From: the human T2T-CHM13v2.0 reference genome, Homo sapiens | Length of the DNA stretch: 64,000 nt | Strand: one strand, 5' to 3' | Assembly: GCF_009914755.1 (NCBI RefSeq) | Contig: NC_060947.1 | Shown here: positions 1 through 11,500 of the stretch, piece by piece | How the letters are laid out: each line of letters begins with the position of its first letter | Numbering within the stretch: position 1 is the stretch's first letter | The notes under the pieces: model-generated | Told to the model about the DNA's origin: nothing | The model's input: only the letters and a program-made list of their open reading frames with translations | The model's database searches: none | Program-made: the position numbers and the translations under genes

Positions 1-945
1 TTATGGAACCCTGTCTTAGGCAAGCAGCATGAGAAGGGGAGCTCTTGGCCTGCCCGGTGATGCAAGATCAACAAGGCAATACTTATAAAGAGATAAGGAA
101 AAGCATTAGAGAAAAAGAAGCCACTAGCCCATTTATGAAAGGATTAATTGAGACCACAGCAGACTACTTCCATGTGACCCCATGGGACTGGTCAGTGCTA
201 GCTAAAACAACTTTAGAGCCCAGTCAATACCTCCTTTGGAAGGCAGAATATGATGAGTTGTGCAAACAACAAGCCAACCGGATTCAATGTGCCAGGCAAA
301 ACATAATGGCTGCTATGCTCCAGGGCAGTGGTCCCTATGTGAATGTGCAACAACAATTAAGTTTTGTTCCCCAGGCCTGTGCACAAGTGTCTTTGTGTGC
401 TCTCAGGGCTTCGGACCAAATTCTCTAATGCCGAATTCAACAGGTATCTTTTGTAAATATTCGACAAGGGCCTCAGGAGCCATTTGTTGAATTTATCAAT
501 CGGTTAACCCAGGCAATTAAAAAACAATCATGCACAGGCCACTGATATCTTATTGTTGCAGTTGGCTTATGAAAATACTAATGTAGACTGCCAGCAGGCA
601 ATGCAGGAAATCAGAGGAAAGGCAGCTACAGTTGAGAAACTTATATGAGCATGTCAGCTGGTGGGGACTGAAACACACAAATCCAGAATATTGGCTATGG
701 CATTAAAGCCTCCTAACGTGAAAAGGGAGAAAAACCCAAATTGTTTTCTGTGTGAAGAGCCAGGTCATATGAAGCGGGAATGCCCCAATAGTAAAGACCA
801 AAGTAACTCAGAAAAAGTACCCCCCTCTATATGCCCCCAATGTAAAAAGGGGAAACATTGGGCAAATCAATGCAAGTCTAAATTTGATAAAAATGGGAAC
901 CCCCTAAGTAATCAAGTGGGAAATTTAATGCAGGGCCAGCCATAA
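1..945 (+). pseudogene. gag: ERV gag remnant (capsid and nucleocapsid)
   Basis: MHR-like IRQGPQEPFVEFINRL at ~460-507; zinc knuckles CFLCEEPGHMKREC (742-783) and CPQCKKGKHWANQC (832-873); reading frame broken. Confidence 0.92.
918..924 (+). other. Putative gag-pro -1 ribosomal frameshift slippery heptamer G GGA AAT
   Basis: X XXY YYZ pattern in the gag frame just after the second zinc knuckle, where betaretroviruses carry GGGAAAC. Confidence 0.55.
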
Positions 946-1690
946 GCCCCACTCCAAACTGGGGCAATGCCAGCAGCTTTCCTTGGTCAGATGGGAGGCC
1001 CACAATTCTCTTAGAGCAGCCACCTCAGGGAGCCCAGGACTGGACTTACTCTGCCCCAATGAATTAGTGCTAAAAGGAGGAGAAGACCCTAAAAGGGTTG
1101 CAATATGAATCTGGGGCCCACAGCCTCTGGGAACAGTGGGATTAGTCCTAGGGTGATCAAGCATATCCAGTAAAGGAATCAGTGTGCTCACCAGGGTAAT
1201 TGTGATTATCAAGGTGAGATATTAGTTATGTTGCAATGTAAAGGTCTACATATTCTTCCCCCTAAATCTAAAATAGCTCAGTTACCAGTTGTACCATCCT
1301 GGGTCCCCAGCGCCCAGGGAAAGGAAAGGGGAGAAGGAGATTTTGGAAGCACAGGAGCCACAAGAGTATATTGGGACCAATTAATCACTGATCAGAGACC
1401 CATGATTACTTTAAAAATTGGAAATGAAAATTTTACTGGCTTATTAGACACAGGGGCAGACATTTCAATCATTAGTGATCAAAACTTGGCCGTGGGTCAC
1501 TCAGAAACAAAAAAATTGTTGGACTGGGGAAGCACATACAGCCAAGAAGAGCACGCACTCCCTAACATGTAGCGATTCAGAGGGAAGGAAAGCAGTCATA
1601 CACCTCTAATCATGCCCATCCTTGTTAATCTTTGGGGACAGGACCTATCAGCCCAATGAGGGGGTCACTCTGCTGACCCCTTTCTAATAA
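925..1690 (+). pseudogene. pro: ERV pro remnant: dUTPase plus aspartic protease
   Basis: dUTPase motifs GSPGLDL, GLVLG*SS, GVI..DYQGEI, KIAQL, RGEGDFGSTG; protease LLDTGADISII (D at 1447-1449) and NLWGQDL (~1627-1647); candidate pro-pol slippery site CCCTTTC at 1678-1684. Confidence 0.92.
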
Positions 1691-4520
1691 CAGCCACTTA
1701 TTCCTTCCCTGCCCCTGACGTGGCTCTCTCATAATCCAATTTTGGTAGAGCAGTGGCCTTTAAAGGGAGAGAAATTACAAAGAGCCCATGAATTAGTTTA
1801 GGAACAATTAAAAGCTGGCCATATAAAACCATCAAACAAAAGGATGAGTTCATGTCCTTTGTAGGGACATGGATGAAGCTAAAAACCATCATTCTGAGCA
1901 AACTATCGCAAGGACAGAAAACCAAACACCACATGTTCTCACTCATAGGTGGGAGTTGAACAATGAGAACACTTGGACACAGGGTGGGGAACATCACACA
2001 CCGGGGCCTGTCGTGGGGTGGGGGGAGTGGGGAGGGATAGCATTAGGAGATATACCTAATGTAAATGACGAGTTAATGGGTTCAGCACACCAACATGGCA
2101 CATGTATACATATGTAACAAACCTGCATGTTGTGCACATGTACCCTAGAACTTAAAGTAAAAAAAAAAAAAAAAAAAAAACCTATCAAACAGTCCTTGGA
2201 ATTCGCCCATTTTTGTCATTCCCAAAAAATCTGGTAAATGGAGACTTTTGCATGACTTACATGTTATCAATGCTAATTTGCAACCTACGGGGCCCCTTCA
2301 GCAGGGGCTCCCTTCCCCCCGCAGGGATTCCTCGAGATTGGCCCATTGTCATTATTGACTTAAAAAACTGTTTTTATACTGTTCCCCTTGCAAAACAGAA
2401 CAGAAAAAAATTTGTGTTTACAATACCAGCTGTCAATAATGAATGGCCAGCTCGCAGATTTCACTGGAAAGTACTTCCTCAAGGAATGCTAAACAGTCCT
2501 ACCATGTGTCAGTATGATGTAAATCAGCCTTTGCTCCCCAGTAGAAAAGAATTTCCTAATTGCAAGATCATCCATTTTATGGATGATCTCTTACTGGCAG
2601 CCCCAACAGAGCCAATACTTTCAAATGTATATGCCTCTGTCAAAAAGAATACACAGTTAAAAGGTTTAATCATAGCACCTAGAAAAGACAAATGACCTCT
2701 CCTTGGAAATATCTTAAATACATACTAACTTCCCAGTCAGTAAGACCTCAAAAGGTTAAACTGAACACTGACAACTTACACACCTTAAATAATTATCAAA
2801 AATTACTGGGCAATATTAACTGGCTTCGCCCCACCTTGGGCATAACTACTGATAAATTACAGAACCTGTTTTCTATGCTAAAGGGCAATGCAGCCCTGGA
2901 CTCTCCCAGGTATTTAACCCCCGCTGCAAAAAGGGAAATTGAGGAAATAAAGCAAACTATTTCTCAGAGGGAACTAGATCACATAAACCCGTGATATTCA
3001 GTCCAATTATTTGTATTTCCTACTAAACGTTCCCCAACAGGATTAATAGGACACATGGCCCCAGGGCTACATTTCCTGGAATGGGTTTTTTGCTCACATA
3101 CCTGGACTAAAACACTATCTCCCTATGTCCAGCTACTTAGTAAAGTCATCTATACAGGCCGCAGATGATGCAATCAATTGCTAGGTTAAGACCCTGATGT
3201 CATAAGAATACCCTTAAGTAAACAATTTGAAGCAGTCCTGCCCCTATCTCTAAACCTTCAGATAGCACTCTGAATATGCGGGTCATATAAAATGCCCTTC
3301 CCGCTGACTATTCCAGTTCTTATCTCATACTCCTATAGTTATACCTACAAAGGTAGTTCACTCCCCAATACCTAACGCTTTAACACTTTTCACTGATGGC
3401 TCTGGTAAAAATGGAAAAGCAGCTATTTGGTAGGAACCGCATAACTCCCTCACTCAATCTGGATTTACTAGTACTCAGAGAGCTGAGGTTAAAGCCCTAA
3501 TATTGGCCCTAGAAACTCTTTCCGCTCAGCATATCAATATTGTTAGTGACTCTGCTTACTCTGTTTATTTATTGCAGAACCTTGAGACAGCCCTCATTAA
3601 GTCCACTGTCAATCCCACCCTGTGTGGACTTTTTCTTCAACTTCAGCAATTGCTGGATCAATGTACATATCCTATTTTTATTACACACATTCAGGCCCAC
3701 AGCTTGCTTCCCGGTCCACTAATTCATGGCAATGATCAAGCAGACCTGCCGGTTATGACGTCACTGCTTGACCAAGCCACCCAATCGCATCAATTGTTCC
3801 ACTAAAATTGGAGAAACTTAACAATTTCAACTTACCCAAAGACTAAACAAATTATTTTACAGTGACCAGATTGCCAGCTCACAGGCACATCCCCTCCTTC
3901 AACAAGTGTTAACCCTAGAGGACTAGAACCTAATCAATTATGGCAAACAGATGTTACACACATCCCTAAATTTGGAAAACTAAGATATGTACATATATCC
4001 AGTGATACCTATTCCCACCTAATTAGTGCTTATGCTCTTCCTGGAGAGTCTGACCAATATATCATTAAACATCTTAACTTTTGCGTTTATGGGATGGCCC
4101 ACAGAAATTAAAACTGATAATGGTCCGGCTTATGCCAGCTCACAGTTTCACAAGTTTTGTCACACATGGAACATCCAACATTCCACAGGCATCCTGTATA
4201 ACCCCCAAGGACAGGCCATAGTAGAACATGTCCACCCCACCCTTAAAAATGTACTCAGAAAACAAAAAAGGGGGAATATGAGTAAGGACCCTATAACACT
4301 ATTGGCACAAGCCTTATTTACCCTTGACTTTTTAAATTTAGATAAATTTCAATCAGCCATAGAAAAGCATTTTGTAAAACCCCCTTAAGACACAAAACCC
4401 ACGGCTTTCTGGAAAGATGTAAATAGTAATGTATGGTGTGGTCCAAATGATTTGTTAACATGGGGAAGACAATATGCTCGTGTTCACACCCCCTCAGGTC
4501 CGCTTTGGACAGCACACCAA
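1690..4520 (+). pseudogene. pol: ERV pol remnant (RT, RNase H, integrase), interrupted by an L1 insertion
   Basis: [52 protein letters not shown] (2576-2587), FTDGS, NIVSDSAY, WQTDVTH, KTDNGPAY, YNPQGQAIVE. Confidence 0.95.
1839..2176 (+). mobile_element. 5'-truncated L1PA (L1PA4/5-like) 3' end inserted in ERV RT
   Basis: L1 3'UTR with G-rich tract and poly(A); TSD aaaaccatcaaaca (1825-1838) / aaaacctatcaaaca (2177-2191); RT sequence resumes after the second TSD copy. Confidence 0.95.
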
Positions 4521-4529
4521 ACCATATTG

Positions 4530-6255
4530 TGGTGTGGCTAGGACCCAACCTGGTACCAGAAATGAAGAAAATGACCCTGCAGGACCCACAGCCCCAGACG
4601 ATGCGGCTTCCTTGGATGACACAGACCTTGGATATTACCTGGGGGATGCTGAAGATGACAACTCAGAAGGCTGAGTGAATCCTGCTCTGGACACAGATGC
4701 CATTCACTCCAGAAAATTTGTTCCTTGCTATGCTTTCTGTTGTACACTGCAACTCTCATAGGTTATTAACCTTTCTTATTCTCTCACTCTGCCTGCAACC
4801 CGTACCTGCTACCTCTATTGGGCCCATCTTCTGGATCTGCCCTTCTTTCACCCTGTTACTTGGGCGGACACCCCCTTCCCAGCCTCTAACAATGTGACTA
4901 CTTGGCTAGGAGGGATTGACATACCCCCAGCAGGGTCCCTCATTAATGGCACACATTGGACTAAGATGCCAGGTAACACTACATATCACTTCACTATCCT
5001 CCCACTGTGTGTAAGTTATAAAAGTTCTAACCCCTACTCTGTACCTGCCTAAACATAATTATAGCTACATCATGGCAAAGGAAATGCCTTAACATTCTTG
5101 GTTGCCTCAAACCAGGCAACGCAACCAATGCCACTTTCCCGACATTCCTCCCTGTGCTAAAGAACAAAGGCAGGAAAGTAATGGATTCCACTTTGGCTGG
5201 GAGATCTGTCATAGGGGACAAGCCCATAGCCTCCAGTTAGGCGATTATAACATCATAGACTGGAGCCACCACAGCCACTTGCAGGCTAACCATACTGATG
5301 TCCGCATCCATCGTGGCATCAATCACAGTTTCGTAGGCACATCCCATTCCCCTATGATTTGGGCTGATGGGGGGATGGGATATTCCAGACCCCAAATTAA
5401 GTCCATGCCTCTCCAAGACACTTTATGGTGCCTGGGACATCTTAGCACCACCCTTAAAACCTGGCATAGGAAATATCAAAATTCCAGTAACAATTATAGT
5501 ATGACCTTTATTCGTAATTACACAGTTCAATGCCTGATTTGCACTTCCCATCCATACATTTTCCTTATGGAAACCAGTATTTCCATAACACCCCAAAACT
5601 CCACGTTTGTGACCTGAGTGCAGGGACAGACTTGGTTCGCCTCATGTATCACTAATTACAATATATCTAATTTAAATATTACTAGTGTCATGGTATTAAG
5701 AAGACAATCGGAGGCATTACTACCGGTCAATTTGACACCTGATTGGCAAGGTTCATCTGTTCTTGCCACCTTAGAGTGAGCCCTGTCCCAGGTCAGACAC
5801 AAAAGATTCATAGGTACACTTATAGCCTTTATAAGTCTCAGCCATAGTCATCCTAGCCACTGCTAGTGTTGCTGTTGCATCTATTACTGAATTGGTACAA
5901 ACAGCTACCTTTGTGGATAGCTTAGCCAGAAATGTGTCTAATGAACTTCTCCTACAGCAGGGTATAGATAAAAAAATTCTTGCACGTCTGCAAGCCCTTG
6001 AGGCGCCTTGGAATATGTAGGGGAACGACAAGATGCACTGGCATTCCAACAGCAATTAAACTGCGACTGGGAACATAAGCATATTTGTGTCACCTCTCTA
6101 CCACGGAATCAATCAATATGTAGTTGGGATGAGGTGAAACAACACCTCTGGGGAACCTTACATGATAATTTAACAGCAGACATAAAGCAACTTAAAACTA
6201 AAATGCAAGAATCCCTAAATGCCATAGATCTACATGCCCAACAAACAGCCATATG
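4530..6255 (+). pseudogene. env: ERV env remnant (leader, SU, TM ectodomain), truncated before the membrane anchor
   Basis: Hydrophobic signal segment LLTFLILSLCLQPVPA; furin site RHKR (5795-5806) followed by hydrophobic fusion peptide; TM CX7C motif CDWEHKHIC (~6062-6088). Confidence 0.88.
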
Positions 6256-6431
6256 GAAGGATCATCTAATAAATAGGGCTTGGTTAAATTATTATTTTTG
6301 GAAACATAAATTAAAATTGGAGCCCTATATCCAACTATACAAGAAAATCAATCCCAGGTAAATTAAATACAGACATGTAGTTAAAAATCACACATGTACA
6401 CAAATTAGAATAATGTATGGTTGAATATTAA
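6256..6431 (+). repeat. 176-bp inverted duplicate of 7685-7860 (old L1 ORF2-derived sequence)
   Basis: Manual alignment with the reverse complement of 7685-7860: 8 substitutions, no indels. Confidence 0.95.
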
Positions 6432-7630
6432 GGTCCAGCTTGTCAAATTTTGTTTTTATTGCAATTGCTTTTGAGGACTTAGCCAAAAATTCTTTGCCAA
6501 GACTGTCAAGAAGAGTATTTCCTAGGTTTTCTCCTAGGATTTTTAGTTTGAGGTTTTACATTTAAATCTTTCATCCATCTTAAGCTAATTTTTTTTTTTT
6601 TTTGCATTTCTACCATGTTATTTATTTTGGTAAGTACTGTCATCTTTTGTTATGAGCCATATTTCATTCAATAGTGTTTAATGACTTTTTTCCAAATCAT
6701 TACTCCATAATATTTACTGAGAATCAAACAGAACTTACAATAGAAAAAAGAGACACTTGACACATTTTTAGAATACTTCATTGCTAATTTTTTTACGTAG
6801 TGAAAGGTAAGCATCCAGTTTCATTATTCTGCATATGGCTAGCCAGTTATCCCAGCACTATTTATTGAATAGGGAGTCCTTTCACCATTGCTTTAGTTGA
6901 CCTTGTTGAAGATCAAATGTATGGCTTTATTTCTAAGTTTTCTAGTCTGTTCCATTGGTCTATGTGTCTCTTTCTTTACCAGTACCATGCTGTTTTGGTT
7001 ACTATAGCCTTACAGTATAGTTCGAAGTCAGGTAGCCCGATGTCTCCAGCTTTGTTCTTTTTGCTTAGGATTGCTTTTGCTATTTCAGCTCTTTTTTGGT
7101 TCCATATGAATTTAATCATAGTTTTTCTAGTTCTGTGAAGAATGATGTTCATAGATTGATAGGAATAGTGTTGAAATTGTAAATTGCTTTGGGCAGTATG
7201 GCCATTTTAATGATACTGACTTTTCTAATCCATGAGCATGGAATGTTTTTCCATTAATTTGAGTCATCTCTGATTTGTTTCAGTAGTGTTTTGTAGTTCT
7301 TTTAGAGATCCCTCACCTTCTTAGTTAGCTGTATTCCTAGGTATTTAATTTTCTGTGTGGTCATTGTAAATGGTATTGTGTTCTTAATTTGACTCTCAGT
7401 CTGAACACTGTTGGTGTATTTAAATGCTACTTATTTTTGTATATTGATTTTGTATCCTGAAATCTTACTAAAATTATCAGATCTAGAGGCTTATTGGCAG
7501 AGTCTTTAGGTTTTTGTAGGTGCAGAATCATATAATCAGTGAAGAGAGATATAATGTTTTGACTTCTGCTTTTCCTATTTGGATGCCTTTTATTTCTTTC
7601 TCTTGCCTGATTCCTCCAGCTAGGCCTTCC
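6432..7630 (-). mobile_element. Older primate L1 ORF2 fragment (L1PA15/16 or L1PB-like), 3' end missing
   Basis: Antisense L1 ORF2 sequence (ccagtaccatgctgttttggttactatagcc, ttccatatgaattt); similar to the sense element at 24422-26146. Confidence 0.9.
6596..6782 (-). other. Short polyadenylated retrocopy (orphan 3' transduction or truncated processed pseudogene)
   Basis: Poly(T) ending at 6603, TTTATT at 6621-6626, non-L1 body, TSD gctaattttttt at 6584-6595 and 6783-6794. Confidence 0.8.
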
Positions 7631-7639
7631 TATTTATTT

Positions 7640-8330
7640 ATTTACTTTTGTACTTAAATAGGTCTTCCTTGACCAGGAATCAAATTAATATTTAACCATA
7701 CATTATTCTAATTTGTGTACGTGTGTGATTTTTAACTACATTTCTGTATTTAATTTACCTGGGATTGATTTTGTTGTATAGTTGCATATATGGCTCCAAT
7801 TTTAATTTATATTTCCAAAAATAATAATTTAACCAAGCCCTATTTATTAGATTATCCTTCTTAATTAAACAGTAATTGTTTAGGTAAAACTTGATCTGTT
7901 TCTGGATTTTATGTTTCAGAGATCTCTCTATTCCTGCACTTTTCCACAGTATTGTAATAATTAGCATTTTAATATAGATTCTAATATACAGCACTGGAAG
8001 TTACCTTCTTCTAATTTTTTTGTTAATTCTTTCAAAAAGAAGTTTAGAATCATTTTGTTAAGTTAAAAGATAGCCATAATTTATCCAGAATATAATTTAA
8101 GTGAATGAGAATTTGTCTTTATATGAGTCTTTTTCACACAGAAATTGATTACCTCTTTCCATTTATGCATATCTTTTATATACTTTAGTAATTATATTTT
8201 GATATAAAATCCCATATCATTTATAACATTGTATTAAGTTTATTATTACCAGAGATTTTACATTTTTGATCACTAGCAGTAAGATCTTTTTTTCCACATT
8301 TTAAAATTAATGATTAGAAAAGATTGCTGT
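7640..8330 (-). mobile_element. Highly decayed L1M/L1ME ORF2 fragment
   Basis: Minus-strand translation KDNLINRAW...KLKLEPYMQLYNKINPR resembles L1 ORF2 [10 protein letters not shown]...[17 protein letters not shown]. Confidence 0.6.
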
Positions 8331-8559
8331 TGCTAGTCAGGGAAACTGCATTACTTGCGTTAGACTATACATACAAAATGTGGGGGTGATATTTAATATC
8401 AGGATTCAGAGGTATCTCAATGAACTTTGAGTCAGGGATTTTTCCAGAACACAGAAGTGAACTATAAGCAGTTTTCCCTGGTATTCCTTTTGCACATCTT
8501 GTTTGTCACTCTATGCTTGTTTGCTTATTTTGTTTTTGCCTTTGAGATAGGCTTCCCCT

Positions 8560-11500
8560 GATTTTCCTAAAGAAAAAAATATGGTAGATGATTTGTCGAA
8601 AACAACTCATAGATGTTGACTTTATGTTTAGCAGGGTTAGCCATTCTTTCTCTCAGTCTGACTTTAAAATTCCCATGGAAAAGAGCATGGTTGACCCAAG
8701 TTGGATCAGGGTCCGATCCAGCACTGATCATCTCATTCCAGAGTACACTAGAAACCAAGTTTGTGTCAGATTCCTTTTTCCCCCATACTTACCTTCATGC
8801 AGCAGTTATCTGGAATAAAGTGAAAAGGTGAAAGTGTTAGTCTGGAGATTTGAAATAATAGTTGGCTTTCTTGTTATAAACCAGCTTATTCCTTGTATAT
8901 ATTTTTACTATTTCCAAAGACAGAATATTGTACCTTAAGGCTTATATTTTCTAGAGAAGTATCAATTATTTGTTTATGGAGGTTGTCTGTTCAGCTTCAG
9001 AAAAGGTTGCATGAGGAAAAATACTGTCTGTCAAAGTCAAAATATAACTGAATAAGGTACAGTCACAAGAGAACTGACTTTCAATTTAAACAACAAATAG
9101 TATGGATTCCTTGGCATCAGTAAAGAACTACAGCTTTAGATATTTATACCTGCTGTGAAACCATCTTTCATAGAATTAATATTTTCATTTAAAAGAAAAA
9201 GACAATGCATACAAGAGCTCTACTAGTCTGAGTGCATGTTGCAACAGGAGGGTGGTGGGTGTATCCCTCAGTAAATAGTGAGCCAATTAGCAATACTAAA
9301 CTCCCACTCTAAAGCCACTCTGGTCTCAGGGATATGATGTCCTCTCTAGTCCCAGATCCATGGTGTGTACTCCTGCTGATCAAAGCTGTTTTGGAGTTGG
9401 TTGTCTTTTTCCATGGTGATAATGATCTTGGGTATCTGACAAACATAATCACAAAGTGACCTAGCCTTTACAACTTAGAAGCAATATAACAGATTGTGCC
9501 TTCTTTTCCTCATTTGGCAGCAAGATCTGAATCCCAAGCACCTAATTACCAACTGAATCTTTGTATTTCACTATTTGGCTACTAAAGTCTCTACAGGCTT
9601 GATTCATATCTCAAGCCATCTCAGAAGAAAGCCCGTAAGGGGTACAAGCTTTACTATCCCGAGCCAAAGAAGATTTAAGACAATAATGCCAAAGAAAGTT
9701 ATATTCCTTCAACTCTGATTACTTGGTGCTAGGTTTTGACACTTCTTATCTCAGTAATATCTTTCAGCTGGGGAGATCAAAATGACCACAAAGAAATAAA
9801 ATCACTTTAGGTTCTGCTTTCAAAAATAAACTGTTTACTGCACATGAACAAATTAAGCCTTGTGTTTACTCTCACTTTTAGAGAGATGATGGTTGCTTTC
9901 CTGTGGTTGTTTGTAATGGGTTTTCTGAACAGATATGAAAGAATCACTGATAACAAAATTCTCTCATCTAAAATAATATAACTGGGAGGTGAGAAGTGAA
10001 TCACTTATCAATTTTTGAATGATAGAAAAATGCCAAAATTACTTTCTTTAGATGTTTCAGAGATTTTTCATAGTAGGAAATTCTTTTGAATAACAGACTT
10101 AAATGTGTAATGGTCCATAGGGTATAAACAAAATCTTGTGTGTCAAGGTAACCTATATTTGCAGGGGCAAGAGAAAGGTAAAAGTGCTGAAAAGGCTCCC
10201 CGTTCCTGGGATTGCAGTAATTCTCAACCCTCCACAATTTTGGAATACAAAGCAGAACTCTTTTTATTTACATTTTATGATTCAAGGGAGTAGGTGGACC
10301 AGAAAAAAAGAATTGCTTTATGTTTCTTAAGGATTAATATTCTTAATAGCACTTTGCCCAGAGGTTTATTTTGATTGGCCCAATAGCTACATCCACTTGA
10401 CACTTTCACCACTACTGCCCATTGCCCTGTACCCCTTTCAGATTCAGCCTGATTCTGATTTTTAGGACTGGTAGCTCATATGAATGACCAGTGCAGTTTT
10501 AAAATGTACAAAACATAGGAGATTCTCATTATATGCTTCTTGGATTTCTGGATCTGTATACAAACAACAAAATAATAATAATAAAGATGCTCTGAAGATA
10601 ATTCTGATAAGCAGCCTCAGGCTCAACCTAACAGAGGAGAGATTTAGGAGGCTCCAGCCCATCAAGTCACCCTTTCTTCCGGTAGGTTCTAAGATATGTC
10701 TCTATATCATATGCCAAAGAGGGGTTGCCTGTTTGTAAGTTATTGACTTGGTAGCTTCTATAAGAAATGAAGTTTAAGAAAAAAAAATTCACTCCAATTG
10801 GGTGGAATTCTGCCCTTATAGTAAAGACCAATACTTGGAACTCTGTTACCCACTTCTAAGATTACATGATCCCAAAATCTGTCAATCCTGATTTTCCAAT
10901 GTTGACTGTTGTTTCTTCCATTGCCATTGCCAGCAATTAAGAAATCAGCACAGTTTTATTTTGAATCCTCCAATAAAGAGTCCCTGGAGTACCATCCCTA
11001 CATTTAACACTTTGATCCTGCCCTCTCCCTCTCCCTCTCCCCCTCCCCCTCTCTCCATCTCCGTCTCCGTCTCCCACTTTGCACGGTCTGCCTCTGATGC
11101 CGAGCCGAGGCTGGACTGTACTGCCACCATTTCAGCTCACTGCAACCTCCCTGCCTGATTCTCCTGCCTCAGCCTGCCGAGTGCCTGGGATTGCAGGCAC
11201 GCGCCGCCACGCCTGACTGGTTTTTGTATTTTTTGGTGGAGACGGGGTTTCGCCGTGTTGGCCAGGCTGGTCTCCAGCTCCTGACTGCGAGTGATCTGCC
11301 TGCCTCGGCCTCCCGAGGTGCCGGGATTGCAGACGGAGTCTCGCTCACTCAGTGCTCAATCTTGCCCAGGCTGGAGTGCAGTGGCTTGATCTCGGCTCGC
11401 TACAACCTCCACCTCCCAGCCGCCTGCCTTGGCCTCCCAAAGTGCCGAGATTGCAGCCTCTGCCCATCCACCACCCCGTCTGGGAAATGAGGAGCGTCTC

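Larger units (their letters stand above)
1..6255 (+). mobile_element. Endogenous betaretrovirus-like provirus, internal region (HERV-K, most likely HML-5/HERVK22); 5' end lies outside the window, 3' env and 3' LTR missing
   Basis: Ordered gag (MHR, two CCHC knuckles), dUTPase+protease, RT/RNase H/integrase and env motifs, with many stops and frameshifts. HML-5 call rests on the RT segment QGMLNSPTMCQY..NQ.LLPSRKEFPNCKIIHFMDD and the lack of a G-patch between PR and RT (recalled, not searched). Confidence 0.93.

Noticed and set aside
5102-5617. 171-aa ORF as a novel gene
   Set aside because: A frameshift-bounded piece of ERV env SU.
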